A stretch of DNA of 17,547 nucleotides, taken from NCBI GenBank assembly GCA_045046875.1, contig JASFYY010000136.1:1-17547 (forward strand). Reading direction: 5' to 3'. This document shows positions 8,813-17,356 of the stretch, one piece after another. The stretch's first letter is position 1, and each line of letters begins with the position of its first letter. This stretch comes from Verrucomicrobiota bacterium. Its GTDB lineage: Bacteria > Verrucomicrobiota > Verrucomicrobiia > Verrucomicrobiales > DEV007. The position numbers were made by a program, and so were the translations under genes. The notes beneath the pieces are model-generated. The model was not told the origin of the DNA. It searched no databases and saw only the letters and a program-made list of their open reading frames with translations.

Positions 8813-10288
8813 ATGGCGTCTTCATCATCAAAACTCAACATTCTGTCATTCCGCGATCCCTCGATCCGCACCCTGCATTTCACCTGGGTTGCCCTGTTCC
8901 TCAACTTCATGGTTTGGTTCAACAACGCCCCGCTGGTGACCTCCATTAGCAAAGCCTTCGACCTCAGTCCCTCCCAGTGGAAATCCCTGCTCATCCTCAA
9001 TGTGGCTTTGACGATTCCTGCCCGGATCGTCATCGGCATCCTGGTTGATCGTTTTGGCCCCCGCCTGACCTTCAGCCTATTATTGATCACCTCCGGCCTC
9101 ATCTGTTGTTTTTACGCCATGGCCACCACCTTCGAGCAACTGGCCATCGCCCAGTTCCTGATGGGTTTTGCCGGTGCGGGTTTTGTCATCGGCATCCGCA
9201 TGGTCGGCGAGTGGTTCCCGGCTCGACAAGTAGGACTCGCCGAGGGCATCTACGGAGGATGGGGAAACTTCGGCACCGCCGGTGCCGCCATGATCCTGCC
9301 CACCTTGGCCCTGTTGTTCGGAGGTGAAAACGGCTGGAGATATGCCATCCTCACCGCCGGAGTGGTTTCTATTATTTACGGTTTTATTTATTATTGGGCC
9401 GTCCGCAACACCCCCAAAGGGTCCACTTATTTCAAGCCCAAAAGAACAGGAGGTCTCGAAGTGAGCACCCGACGCGATTTTTATTTCCTCCTTGTCATGA
9501 TCCTTCCTCTCTATGGCGCGCTGGTTTTACTGGCGTGGAAACTCTCGCCCTCTGGAGTCGCCATGATCAGCCACAATGTATATTACATCATCTGCCTGGC
9601 TATTGCCGGACTCTGCTTGTTTCAGATTTATCAGACCTACCAAGTCAACAAAGACATGCTCAAAAACGGAGTGCCCGAAATGCACCGCTACCCCTTCCGC
9701 CAAGTCGCCATCCTCAATGTGGGATATTTTATCACCTTTGGTTCCGAACTAGCCGTGGTATCCATGCTGCCCCTGTTTTTCATCGAAGTGTTCAAGCTCT
9801 CTCCCGTAACTGCCGGCATCCTTGCTTCGGGTTTCGCTTTCATGAATTTACTGGCGCGCCCCATGGGCGGACTGCTCAGTGATCATTTTGGCAGACGCGG
9901 CACCATGCTGATCATGATGGCCGGGCTAGCTATCGGCTACTTTGGAATGAGCCGGATCGACGGCACCTGGGCACTGCCTCTGGCCGTTCTGATGACCATG
10001 GTTTGCTCCTTCTTTGTGCAGTCCTGCGAAGGAGCTATTTTTGCCATTGTTCCCATCATCCAACGACGCATGACCGGACAAATTGCGGGAATGACCGGCG
10101 CTTACGGCAATGTCGGCGCAGTGGTTTATCTCACCATCTTCTCCTTCGTCAGCGCCTCGACCTTCTTTTTAGTCATAGCCGCCTCCAGCGTGGCAGGTTT
10201 TGCCGCCTCCTGTTTCCTGACGGAGCCAAAAGGCCACATGACAGAAGTTCTGCCCGATGGAACGGTAGAACTGATCGAAGTCTCCTGA
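8813..10288 (+). CDS. narK: NarK/NRT2 (NNP) family nitrate/nitrite MFS transporter
   Basis: About 12 hydrophobic segments. LVDRFGPR; nitrate signatures [14 protein letters not shown] and [30 protein letters not shown]; conserved Arg in IPARI and LARPMGG. Confidence 0.95.
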   Translation: MASSSSKLNILSFRDPSIRTLHFTWVALFLNFMVWFNNAPLVTSISKAFDLSPSQWKSLLILNVALTIPARIVIGILVDRFGPRLTFSLLLITSGLICCFYAMATTFEQLAIAQFLMGFAGAGFVIGIRMVGEWFPARQVGLAEGIYGGWGNFGTAGAAMILPTLALLFGGENGWRYAILTAGVVSIIYGFIYYWAVRNTPKGSTYFKPKRTGGLEVSTRRDFYFLLVMILPLYGALVLLAWKLSPSGVAMISHNVYYIICLAIAGLCLFQIYQTYQVNKDMLKNGVPEMHRYPFRQVAILNVGYFITFGSELAVVSMLPLFFIEVFKLSPVTAGILASGFAFMNLLARPMGGLLSDHFGRRGTMLIMMAGLAIGYFGMSRIDGTWALPLAVLMTMVCSFFVQSCEGAIFAIVPIIQRRMTGQIAGMTGAYGNVGAVVYLTIFSFVSASTFFLVIAASSVAGFAASCFLTEPKGHMTEVLPDGTVELIEVS

Positions 10289-10300
10289 TAAACCTTTTTT

Positions 10301-10369
10301 TGTGGAACGGATTGGCAATCCGTTTGTCCTCTGCTCATTCGAATCAACGGATTGCCAATCCGTTCCACA
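10301..10369. repeat. REP doublet (REPIN-like): two inverted GTGG-type REPs
   Basis: TGTGGAACGGATTGGCAATCCGTT (10301-10324) and its exact reverse complement (10346-10369), 21-nt spacer. Each copy is GTGG plus hairpin AACGGATT-GGC-AATCCGTT. Confidence 0.85.
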
Positions 10370-10393
10370 TTTTCACCTCCCACCTTACGAAGT

Positions 10394-12154
10394 TTGCAAC
10401 ACGACCTCACATTAAGCGTCAGCGAAGGCCAGTCCACCACGGCGGGTGCCAAGGAATCGAATGACGACATCATCGGCATCCGCATTCCCAATGACGAGAT
10501 GCTCGCCACCAAGGGCATCACCGCCGTCATTGCCGACGGCGTCAGTGCCGCCAGTGCCGGACGCGATGCCGCCGAGACCTGTGTGCAAGGATTCCTCACC
10601 GACTACTACAGCACTCCCGATTCATGGAGCGTCAAAACTTCTGCCCACAAAGTCATCACCTCGCTCAACCGTTGGCTCTATGGCCAGACCCAATCAGCAG
10701 GTTACCTCGACGAAAAAGGCTACGTCACCACCCTCAGTATTCTGGTTTTAAAATCCAGAACCGCCTATCTGTTCCACGTCGGCGATACCCGCATCAGCCT
10801 CTACCGCGACGGCAAACTCGAACAACTCACCCGCGACCACGCCACTCGCATATCCAAAAGTTCGACCTACCTCAGTCGAGCCGTCGGGCTAGGGGTCAAC
10901 CTCGATGTGGACTTTCACAGTATCCCCCTGGAAGAAGGCGACCTCTTTGTCCTGACCTCCGACGGAGTGCATGAGTATGTCCCCCGCAATGAAATCGAAA
11001 GCATTCTCGCCAGTGACCTGACCGCGAAAGAGCCCAGCGAAAACACTCTGGATATATTTGCCCAAACTTTGGTGGAAAGCGCCCACCACCACCACAGCCC
11101 CGACAACCTAACCTGCCAATTGGTAAAAATCGACAAACTGCCTGGAGCCGAGCGCGATGACATCTACCGCCAACTGACCTCCTTGCCCTTCCCTCCCGAC
11201 CTCAAGCCCGCTCAAAAAATCGACGGCTTCCGGGTTGAGCGTTTGCTCTACGCCAGCAAAACCAGTCAGCTCTACGTGGTGATTGATGAAGATGGAGGAG
11301 GGCAGCGCATGGTGATGAAAACACCATCAGTCAATTTCGAAGATGACGCGGCTTACATCGAGCGTTTTGCGATGGAAGAATGGATCGGCAGCCGGGTGAA
11401 AAATGCCCACCTCAACAAAGCCGTGCGCTCCAGTCGAACACGCAAATTCCTCTACCACCTGCAAGAATATATCGAAGGCCCAACCCTGCAACAGTGGCTC
11501 GAAACCAACAAAAGCAGCCCCGACATCCCCGCCGTCATCAACATCACCGCCGGCATCATCGAAGGTGTGCGCGCCCTGCACCGACGCGAAACCCTGCATC
11601 AGGATCTCAAACTCGGCAATATCATTCTCACCGCTGAACATGGCCCCGTCATCATCGACTACGGCTCCTGTCGCATCGCCGGCATGCAGGAGATCAAACA
11701 GCCTTTCCATCGTTTGTCCTCACTGGGCACCGTGGATTTCAGTGCTCCGGAATACCGTCTGGATTTACCCGCCAGTCCCAAATCGGACCAGTTCTCCATC
11801 GCCATGATCACCTACCATCTGCTCAGCGGCGGCAAACACCCCTACGGTTCCAAATGGGAAAACGCCACCACTGCCAGCGACTTCCTACAGCTGCCTTACC
11901 AGCCCGCCGGTCACCACCAACCCCTCGTCCCCAATTGGATCGACCAAACCCTAAAAAAAGCTCTCAACATCAACGCCGACTTGCGCTACGACAGCCTGTC
12001 CGAATTCATCCACGACTTGCGCCACCCCAACCCCGACTACCTCAAAAAACAAGCCATCCCCCTGATCGAAAAAGATCCGGTGCTTTTTTGGAAATCCGTA
12101 TCCGGCATTCTATTCGCCATCATCATCTTCCTACTTTTCTGGTTTTCCTCTTAA
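10394..12154 (+). CDS. Bifunctional PP2C-type phosphatase / Ser-Thr kinase with C-terminal TM helix
   Basis: PP2C motifs NDD, IADGVS, HVGDTR, QLTRDH, LTSDGVH, DNLT. Kinase motifs VMKTP, HQDLKLGN, IIDYGS, GTVDFSAPE, SDQFS. Start uncertain: the track's TTG 10352 lies inside the REP, so TTG 10394 is preferred. Confidence 0.9.
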   Translation: MQHDLTLSVSEGQSTTAGAKESNDDIIGIRIPNDEMLATKGITAVIADGVSAASAGRDAAETCVQGFLTDYYSTPDSWSVKTSAHKVITSLNRWLYGQTQSAGYLDEKGYVTTLSILVLKSRTAYLFHVGDTRISLYRDGKLEQLTRDHATRISKSSTYLSRAVGLGVNLDVDFHSIPLEEGDLFVLTSDGVHEYVPRNEIESILASDLTAKEPSENTLDIFAQTLVESAHHHHSPDNLTCQLVKIDKLPGAERDDIYRQLTSLPFPPDLKPAQKIDGFRVERLLYASKTSQLYVVIDEDGGGQRMVMKTPSVNFEDDAAYIERFAMEEWIGSRVKNAHLNKAVRSSRTRKFLYHLQEYIEGPTLQQWLETNKSSPDIPAVINITAGIIEGVRALHRRETLHQDLKLGNIILTAEHGPVIIDYGSCRIAGMQEIKQPFHRLSSLGTVDFSAPEYRLDLPASPKSDQFSIAMITYHLLSGGKHPYGSKWENATTASDFLQLPYQPAGHHQPLVPNWIDQTLKKALNINADLRYDSLSEFIHDLRHPNPDYLKKQAIPLIEKDPVLFWKSVSGILFAIIIFLLFWFSS

Positions 12155-12221
12155 AGAGAAATTTCCACCCCAGCTCAACAATTTTGCTTTCTTTTTGATA
12201 TCCATAGGTTCTTTTGATTTC

Positions 12222-13052
12222 ATGTCATCTGCAGAACCTCTCCGCCTGTTACTCATCGTCGCCCATCCTGACGACGCCGAAGCCCGTTGCGGCGGACTGA
12301 TGAGCATCTACCGTCAGGCCGGGCATGCCGTGAAATGGATATCCGTCACCAACGGCGATGCGGGCCACCATCTGACCAGTGGCCCACCCCTGGCAAAAAT
12401 CCGCGAGCAAGAATCCGCACAAGCCGCTGCCGTGATCACTGCCGATTACGAAGTATGGGACGCCCATGACGGTCAACTTGAAGCCACGCTCGAAATGCGC
12501 TGGCAGGTCATCCGGGCCATCCGAACATTCAAACCCGACCTGGTGCTCACCCACCGAACCTGTGATTACCACCCTGATCATCGTGCCGTGGCCCAACTGG
12601 TTCAGGACGCTTCCTTTTCGGTCACGGTGCCCGCCATCGTGCCGGATACACCCGCTTTACCGCGCGACCCTGTGATCGCCTACATGGCCGACCTCTTCAC
12701 CCGTCCGACGCCCCTGCGCCCGGATGTGGTCATCGATGTGGATGAACACCACGATACTATCATCGAGATGTTTTCCTGTCATGTTTCCCAGGCTTTTGAA
12801 TGGCTACCCTACAATTGGGGCATCGCCGACACCGTGCCCGACGACGCTCCCGATCGCAAAAAGTGGATGGAAAAACATTACATGCCGCGCCTCTATGGTG
12901 CAGTCGCAGAAAGCTACCGTCAGCAATTGATCGACCACTACGGAGAAAAACAAGGCCGCCACACCGAATACGCCGAAGTTTATGAAATCAGCGAATACGC
13001 CTGCCAGCTCGATGAGGAAAAACGCAGCCAACTTTTCTGGTTTCTGAAATAA
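12222..13052 (+). CDS. PIG-L/LmbE family deacetylase
   Basis: AHPDDAE, VTNGDAG, R..E, D.HPDH, H.SQ motifs; ATG at 12222. Confidence 0.9.
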   Translation: MSSAEPLRLLLIVAHPDDAEARCGGLMSIYRQAGHAVKWISVTNGDAGHHLTSGPPLAKIREQESAQAAAVITADYEVWDAHDGQLEATLEMRWQVIRAIRTFKPDLVLTHRTCDYHPDHRAVAQLVQDASFSVTVPAIVPDTPALPRDPVIAYMADLFTRPTPLRPDVVIDVDEHHDTIIEMFSCHVSQAFEWLPYNWGIADTVPDDAPDRKKWMEKHYMPRLYGAVAESYRQQLIDHYGEKQGRHTEYAEVYEISEYACQLDEEKRSQLFWFLK

Positions 13053-13064
13053 GGGTCTGTATTT

Positions 13065-13496
13065 TCACCCTGCATCCACCCGATGCGGTACCAGCGGTGC
13101 CAATTTCCACACCACCCAGGCACAGGCGAACAAACACAGATCCTTGGCAATCCCCCCATGCAGATCACTCAGCGACGAAGGGTGATTGCCCACCACCAGC
13201 ACGACCAGAATCATCACCGTGACCGTCGCCACCGCTACAGCCAATCGTTCCATCCAACCCGAGCAAATGATGATACCCGCCACGATCATCGCCAACCCCA
13301 GAATCACCAGCCAACCATCCGGATCCGGCCAATACATTCCCGAATGACGCACCAGTTCCGTCTGCACTTCCGACGTCCAAAGAATTTTCGGCACCAGCCC
13401 CTCCCACACCCACACCAGCCCCAATGCCCAACGGCACACCACCTTCAAATTCCACAACATAACCACTTGATTCACATCCTGTATTTTTGTTTTCAT
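13065..13496 (-). CDS. DoxX-like family membrane protein
   Basis: R.ALGLVWVWEGLVPKIL motif, about 4 TM segments, C-terminal KDL. Confidence 0.75.
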   Translation of the reverse strand: MKTKIQDVNQVVMLWNLKVVCRWALGLVWVWEGLVPKILWTSEVQTELVRHSGMYWPDPDGWLVILGLAMIVAGIIICSGWMERLAVAVATVTVMILVVLVVGNHPSSLSDLHGGIAKDLCLFACAWVVWKLAPLVPHRVDAG

Positions 13497-13510
13497 ATTG
13501 ATTTTCTATT

Positions 13511-14302
13511 TTAGTCATTGCCTACAAAATGAGGCCGCCCCATCCACACTTCTTTAGCCCCTGGAGTGTAATTCCCCCCTATCAGTCGGGCATTCACCGC
13601 CCACTGCTCTCCGCCCGGCGCCCGCTGCAATAAGGTGTTCTCCGAAATATCCACCTCAACCTCCACCTGCTGCCACGGTTCGTGCCACACCCGGAAAAAC
13701 CGGCGCATCGCAAAACCACTGGTGAACGCGGTGTAACGCTCCAACAAAAAATCCCGCAACCCTCCCTCCTTCGTCGCTGCGTATTTTTGTCCATTCAGTT
13801 TCACCTGATAAATCAAACGCCCCACCCCATCATTCACCTGCCCCTGCAAGCGCCCTTGTTCATGATCGTGATCATAATCCAACTGGCCATAACAATAAGG
13901 CAAACCAAACACCGCCGGACCAACACAAACCGCCAAACGGTTAGGCAACCACTCACGGATAAAATAGATCCCCTTCTCCTCACCGTTTTTGACATAGGTG
14001 CGCACATTCAAAAACGAATGACTACCAATCGGAGCAAATAGCTTGTCACCCACCACACCGCCCACCCGTGGACGCATCCCCTGCATCGTAAACGCCACCA
14101 ACGAAACAAAAGCGCGCCCCTCATACAAATCCAAAGGATAAGGCACCCAGCGTTGTAAAGCAGCGACGTCCACCTCATAATGGATAAACAAAGCCCGATC
14201 CCAATCCGCATAGAACATCGGCTCCCCCACTCGCGACAGCATCCGCTGCCGACCTAATTGCGAAGCACTCAGTTTATTCCTAGCCATAGTTTGTTTTTTC
14301 AT
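13511..14302 (-). CDS. DUF2071 (YqjF-like) protein
   Basis: W...LFIHYEVD, LDLYEGRAFVSLVAF, LNVRTYV, GIYF, FGLPY, FLLERY, HEPW motifs. ATG at 14302 overlaps the upstream stop (ATGA). Confidence 0.85.
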   Translation of the reverse strand: MKKQTMARNKLSASQLGRQRMLSRVGEPMFYADWDRALFIHYEVDVAALQRWVPYPLDLYEGRAFVSLVAFTMQGMRPRVGGVVGDKLFAPIGSHSFLNVRTYVKNGEEKGIYFIREWLPNRLAVCVGPAVFGLPYCYGQLDYDHDHEQGRLQGQVNDGVGRLIYQVKLNGQKYAATKEGGLRDFLLERYTAFTSGFAMRRFFRVWHEPWQQVEVEVDISENTLLQRAPGGEQWAVNARLIGGNYTPGAKEVWMGRPHFVGND

Positions 14303-14724
14303 ATCCACCATCCGGCATAAAAATAAACCAAAGCGCAGCCACCATAACATCCGGTCAGAATCAGGTGAACAGCGATCCTGCCCGGCTGCCCCTTCCAATG
14401 TTCCCAGCTGTAATACGCCCATTGCATCACCACCCGGATCGCCCAGAAAAACGCAATGCCCAGAGCCAGCCAACGACCCAAGTCGTTGCTGCCCACCGCA
14501 AGTTCATCAGCGAAGCGTAGAGTGATCACTCCGAAAATCAGCAATGTGATCGAAATGAAATACTTGTGCACATGAAACACATCCCGCAGCAATGGCGACA
14601 TCCTGGCCAAATCATCCCCCCATCCCAGCAATCGTTCCAAAAATAAGTTAAGCACCGCAATAGCCAATTGACCAACGGCAGCTGCCATCAATAAAAATTC
14701 GAGGTTTTCTTCTATCATTTTCAT
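14299..14724 (-). CDS. Hypothetical ~4-TM membrane protein (paralog B)
   Basis: ATG at 14724 preceded by AAGGA; hydrophobic; alignable with the neighbouring gene. Confidence 0.8.
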   Translation of the reverse strand: MKMIEENLEFLLMAAAVGQLAIAVLNLFLERLLGWGDDLARMSPLLRDVFHVHKYFISITLLIFGVITLRFADELAVGSNDLGRWLALGIAFFWAIRVVMQWAYYSWEHWKGQPGRIAVHLILTGCYGGCALVYFYAGWWI

Positions 14725-14756
14725 TTTTTTCCTTGTGGTTAATCTATTTTTCCTAC

Positions 14757-15164
14757 TCAACGAAAGGCCGCATATCCATAAATACTAAGCAAAGTGACAA
14801 AAGCCAAAGTCAGCATATGATAACCCATTCGATAAAAACCATTCATCAAAAAAGGTTTCACATCAAAGACAAACAATTGCACCCCCAGCCTCGCCAACCA
14901 GAAGATCGCTATCACCGCACACAAACCCCGGGCCACTCCGGTTCCTGTCACGATCGCATCCACGTTCAGCAAAGTCAGACTTCCGAAACTCACGATGGTC
15001 AATACAATGAACGAAGCATAGACCCAGAACATCTGCCTCAACATCAAGGGTAATTTTGCCAGATTATCATCCCACTTCATCACTTTTGGAGCCATCACAC
15101 TGGCAAACAAAATGAGAAAATGGATAATACCGCCTAAATAAATACTGATCTCAAATAATTTCAT
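14757..15164 (-). CDS. Hypothetical ~4-TM membrane protein (paralog A)
   Basis: ATG with upstream AAAGGA; hydrophobic; shares W..DLA....LR..F.V...FI..T...FG and FW..R...Q with paralog B. Confidence 0.8.
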   Translation of the reverse strand: MKLFEISIYLGGIIHFLILFASVMAPKVMKWDDNLAKLPLMLRQMFWVYASFIVLTIVSFGSLTLLNVDAIVTGTGVARGLCAVIAIFWLARLGVQLFVFDVKPFLMNGFYRMGYHMLTLAFVTLLSIYGYAAFR

Positions 15165-15187
15165 CTTACTGGTTCCTTTCTTGTTGG

Positions 15188-16402
15188 TTAACTTATCTGC
15201 TCAATTAAATTCATCACCGCTTGCATAAAAGGGTTGATCACCTGGCTCATAAAAACGGGCGAAAACAACCCGTAAGCAGGTCCCAAAACCACCAACCAAG
15301 TCCAAACCCTTGCCCATGCCCCCTGCAGCGCAAAACACCGCTCCATCATCACTCCCGCCGCTTGCACAACAAAATACAATAGAGCCAGACCGTATCCACC
15401 ACCCGCCGGCACAGTGATCACCCACTCATGGGCGATGCCCGAAAATACAAATCCCCCCACTAAAGCCGCGATCACCCCCCACTTGCGACTCAGTGGCCGG
15501 AACACCATTTCCCTCGCCACATCACTGAACGCCCGGTTCCAACGCCTGCCCCAAAAATCGGTCAAACTCACCGCCCGCCACGGTTCCTCCATGATTGCCC
15601 GTGCTCCGTAACCCCGGCTCTGCCAGAATTTTGCCAGCAAGGCAAATACCCCCAGGTGCAAAAAACTGATCACCGCCAACATCCCCACCCAACCCGCTAA
15701 AACCGGATTTTCCACCCGGCCACTGAGCACAGTGACCAGTGCCACCGCCAGTATAATAAAAAACACCGCAGGTTTCCATTTCACCGGTTCCACCCTCTGA
15801 TTCCCGGCAAAAAACGTCAGCGCATCCATCCCCGGCCAAGCAAATAAAAACACCATACGCTGCCACCACCGTCCCTCCCTGACCCGACTCAAAACCATCA
15901 CCTTAAACGCCAAAAATTGAGCACCCGCCAAGCACCACATCATCCCCCAGGCAGGCAAGTCCTTCACCAGATAAGCCACAGTGACCAGCCAAACCAGGCT
16001 CAATACCCCCATCCAAACTATAGCCCTACTGCTATTCCCCTTTCTGCCTTTCGCATCCAACCCACAAGCACCGGCACTGCAGTGCCGCCCGCTAGCAATC
16101 TTTTGATAAACCACTCTCATCAATGGCAACACCCCTGGCAAATAAGCCAACAGATAAAAAGGCCATCCCCACCAAAGCCTGCCAGCCAAAACCCGCACCG
16201 CATCAGCTCCCCCAAATTCCCGTCCATCAGCCAAACGCAAACACATTTCTTCCTCCACTCCTCCATCAACAAAAGGCCGGCACTCAAGCCGCCCCGCAAA
16301 CCAGCAACGCAAACGCTCAGCCCAGCGCACACAAATCCGGCAACTGCCATCATAAAACAGAACCCCCATCTGATCTACATAATTATCTGTATATTCTGTC
16401 AT
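15188..16402 (-). CDS. Fusion of DCC-family (DUF393) thiol-disulfide oxidoreductase and MBOAT/wax-synthase-type acyltransferase
   Basis: N-terminal LFYDGSCRIC (DxxCxxC), GADAV, Y..IA..RHC...AC. C-terminal multi-TM domain with WPGMD, SLTDFWGRRWNRAF and FSGIAHE (MBOAT Asn/His positions). Confidence 0.82.
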   Translation of the reverse strand: MTEYTDNYVDQMGVLFYDGSCRICVRWAERLRCWFAGRLECRPFVDGGVEEEMCLRLADGREFGGADAVRVLAGRLWWGWPFYLLAYLPGVLPLMRVVYQKIASGRHCSAGACGLDAKGRKGNSSRAIVWMGVLSLVWLVTVAYLVKDLPAWGMMWCLAGAQFLAFKVMVLSRVREGRWWQRMVFLFAWPGMDALTFFAGNQRVEPVKWKPAVFFIILAVALVTVLSGRVENPVLAGWVGMLAVISFLHLGVFALLAKFWQSRGYGARAIMEEPWRAVSLTDFWGRRWNRAFSDVAREMVFRPLSRKWGVIAALVGGFVFSGIAHEWVITVPAGGGYGLALLYFVVQAAGVMMERCFALQGAWARVWTWLVVLGPAYGLFSPVFMSQVINPFMQAVMNLIEQIS

Positions 16403-16420
16403 TTCAGTTAAAAGAGAAAT
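16401..16420. promoter_or_regulatory. Putative GbsR/MarR-type operator, copy 2
   Basis: ATTTCAGT-taaa-AGAGAAAT overlapping the ATG of the DCC-MBOAT gene; same half-sites as 17121-17140 except one base. Confidence 0.65.
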
Positions 16421-16591
16421 TAATATTCAAAAAAAACTTTTCTTTATCCTCTATCCAAATTCAAAAAACTCATTTCTTTCTCCATTCGTGTTTATTAGTG
16501 TGAATTTGCCTTCGAACAGTAAGCTCCGGCTGTCTCCTTTTAGTCGACTGTGGTTCACTCCTTCTAAATGCCTAGGGTTTCATTCCCAAAC

Positions 16592-17113
16592 TCAAGAAAA
16601 AGTCTTCAATAATTTATCTCCCATCTTAATCGCCTTCACCGCCGCCTTGGTCGGTAATCGGTTAGCCTGATCATAAAAATCCGTCGTCGTTTCAAAAAAG
16701 TCCAGCAAGTGTTTCAGCCGTTCTTTGCCATACTCATCCATCCCCCCCTCATCGGACTCCGCCACACAAGTTCTCAAGGTCAATACCGTCGGGTCGATTT
16801 CCCGTCGTTTGCGCTCCGCCACAATCACCCGGAACATTTCATAAACATCCTTCATGCTCTCAAAGTGATCCCGGCGATCCCCCTGCAGATGCACCACTTT
16901 CACAATGCCCCAGTTCTGCAGCTCCTTGAGACTATTGCTCACATTCGAACGAGCCACCCCTAGCACCTCACAAATCTCCTCCGCATCCAGCGGATGCTCC
17001 GCCAAAAATAACAACGCGTGGATCTGAGCCACGGTACGGTTGATCCCCCAACGGGTCCCCATCTCCCCCCAGTGAAGAACAAATTTTTGTGCGACTTCTG
17101 ATAAACTTTCCAT
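16592..17113 (-). CDS. GbsR/MarR-family transcriptional regulator
   Basis: FVLHWGEMGTRWGINRTVAQIHALL, HTH EEICEVLGVARSNVSNSLKELQNWGIV, GDRRDHF, ERKRREIDP. Confidence 0.92.
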   Translation of the reverse strand: MESLSEVAQKFVLHWGEMGTRWGINRTVAQIHALLFLAEHPLDAEEICEVLGVARSNVSNSLKELQNWGIVKVVHLQGDRRDHFESMKDVYEMFRVIVAERKRREIDPTVLTLRTCVAESDEGGMDEYGKERLKHLLDFFETTTDFYDQANRLPTKAAVKAIKMGDKLLKTFS

Positions 17114-17147
17114 TTCTCTTATTTCAGTCTTAACAGAAATAAGAGAA
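17114..17147. promoter_or_regulatory. Putative autoregulatory operator, copy 1
   Basis: Perfect 12-bp arms TTCTCTTATTTC-N10-GAAATAAGAGAA abutting the regulator's ATG; core ATTTCAGT-ctta-ACAGAAAT. Confidence 0.75.
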
Positions 17148-17205
17148 CATGCAAGTCCTTTTTACAAAAAATCGCTGCCCGAACCGTCTCTCTGCCTGAA
17201 CCCGC

Positions 17206-17229
17206 CACGCAATGCCATTGCGTTCCACA
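17206..17229 (-). repeat. GTGG-type REP element
   Basis: - strand TGTGGAACGCAATGGCATTGCGTG; hairpin ACGCAAT-GGC-ATTGCGT. Confidence 0.7.
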
Positions 17230-17356
17230 TCTGGCACGAATTGCTTGGCGCGCCATAGCCCTTGGGGTGAAGACGGGGCAATCCGTTCTCTCTTAAGGCG
17301 AAAACAAAGCCCTCCGTTTACTTTCGCACTCGCTATGAATACACAAACAAGACCAA

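Noticed and set aside
12222..13052. PIG-L deacetylase as part of the nitrate system
   Set aside because: Only adjacency supports it; no functional link or shared regulatory motif is visible.
14303..14473. Long N-terminal extension of the DUF2071 ORF
   Set aside because: Overlaps the upstream gene; the ATGA-coupled start at 14302 is more plausible.
17231..17245. Sigma54-like CTGGCACGAATTGCT
   Set aside because: GG-to-GC spacing is 8 nt rather than the required 10.
17246..17277. Possible degenerate hairpin repeat (GCGCCATAGCCCTTGGGGTGAAGACGG)
   Set aside because: Single copy with weak pairing; cannot be supported from this window.
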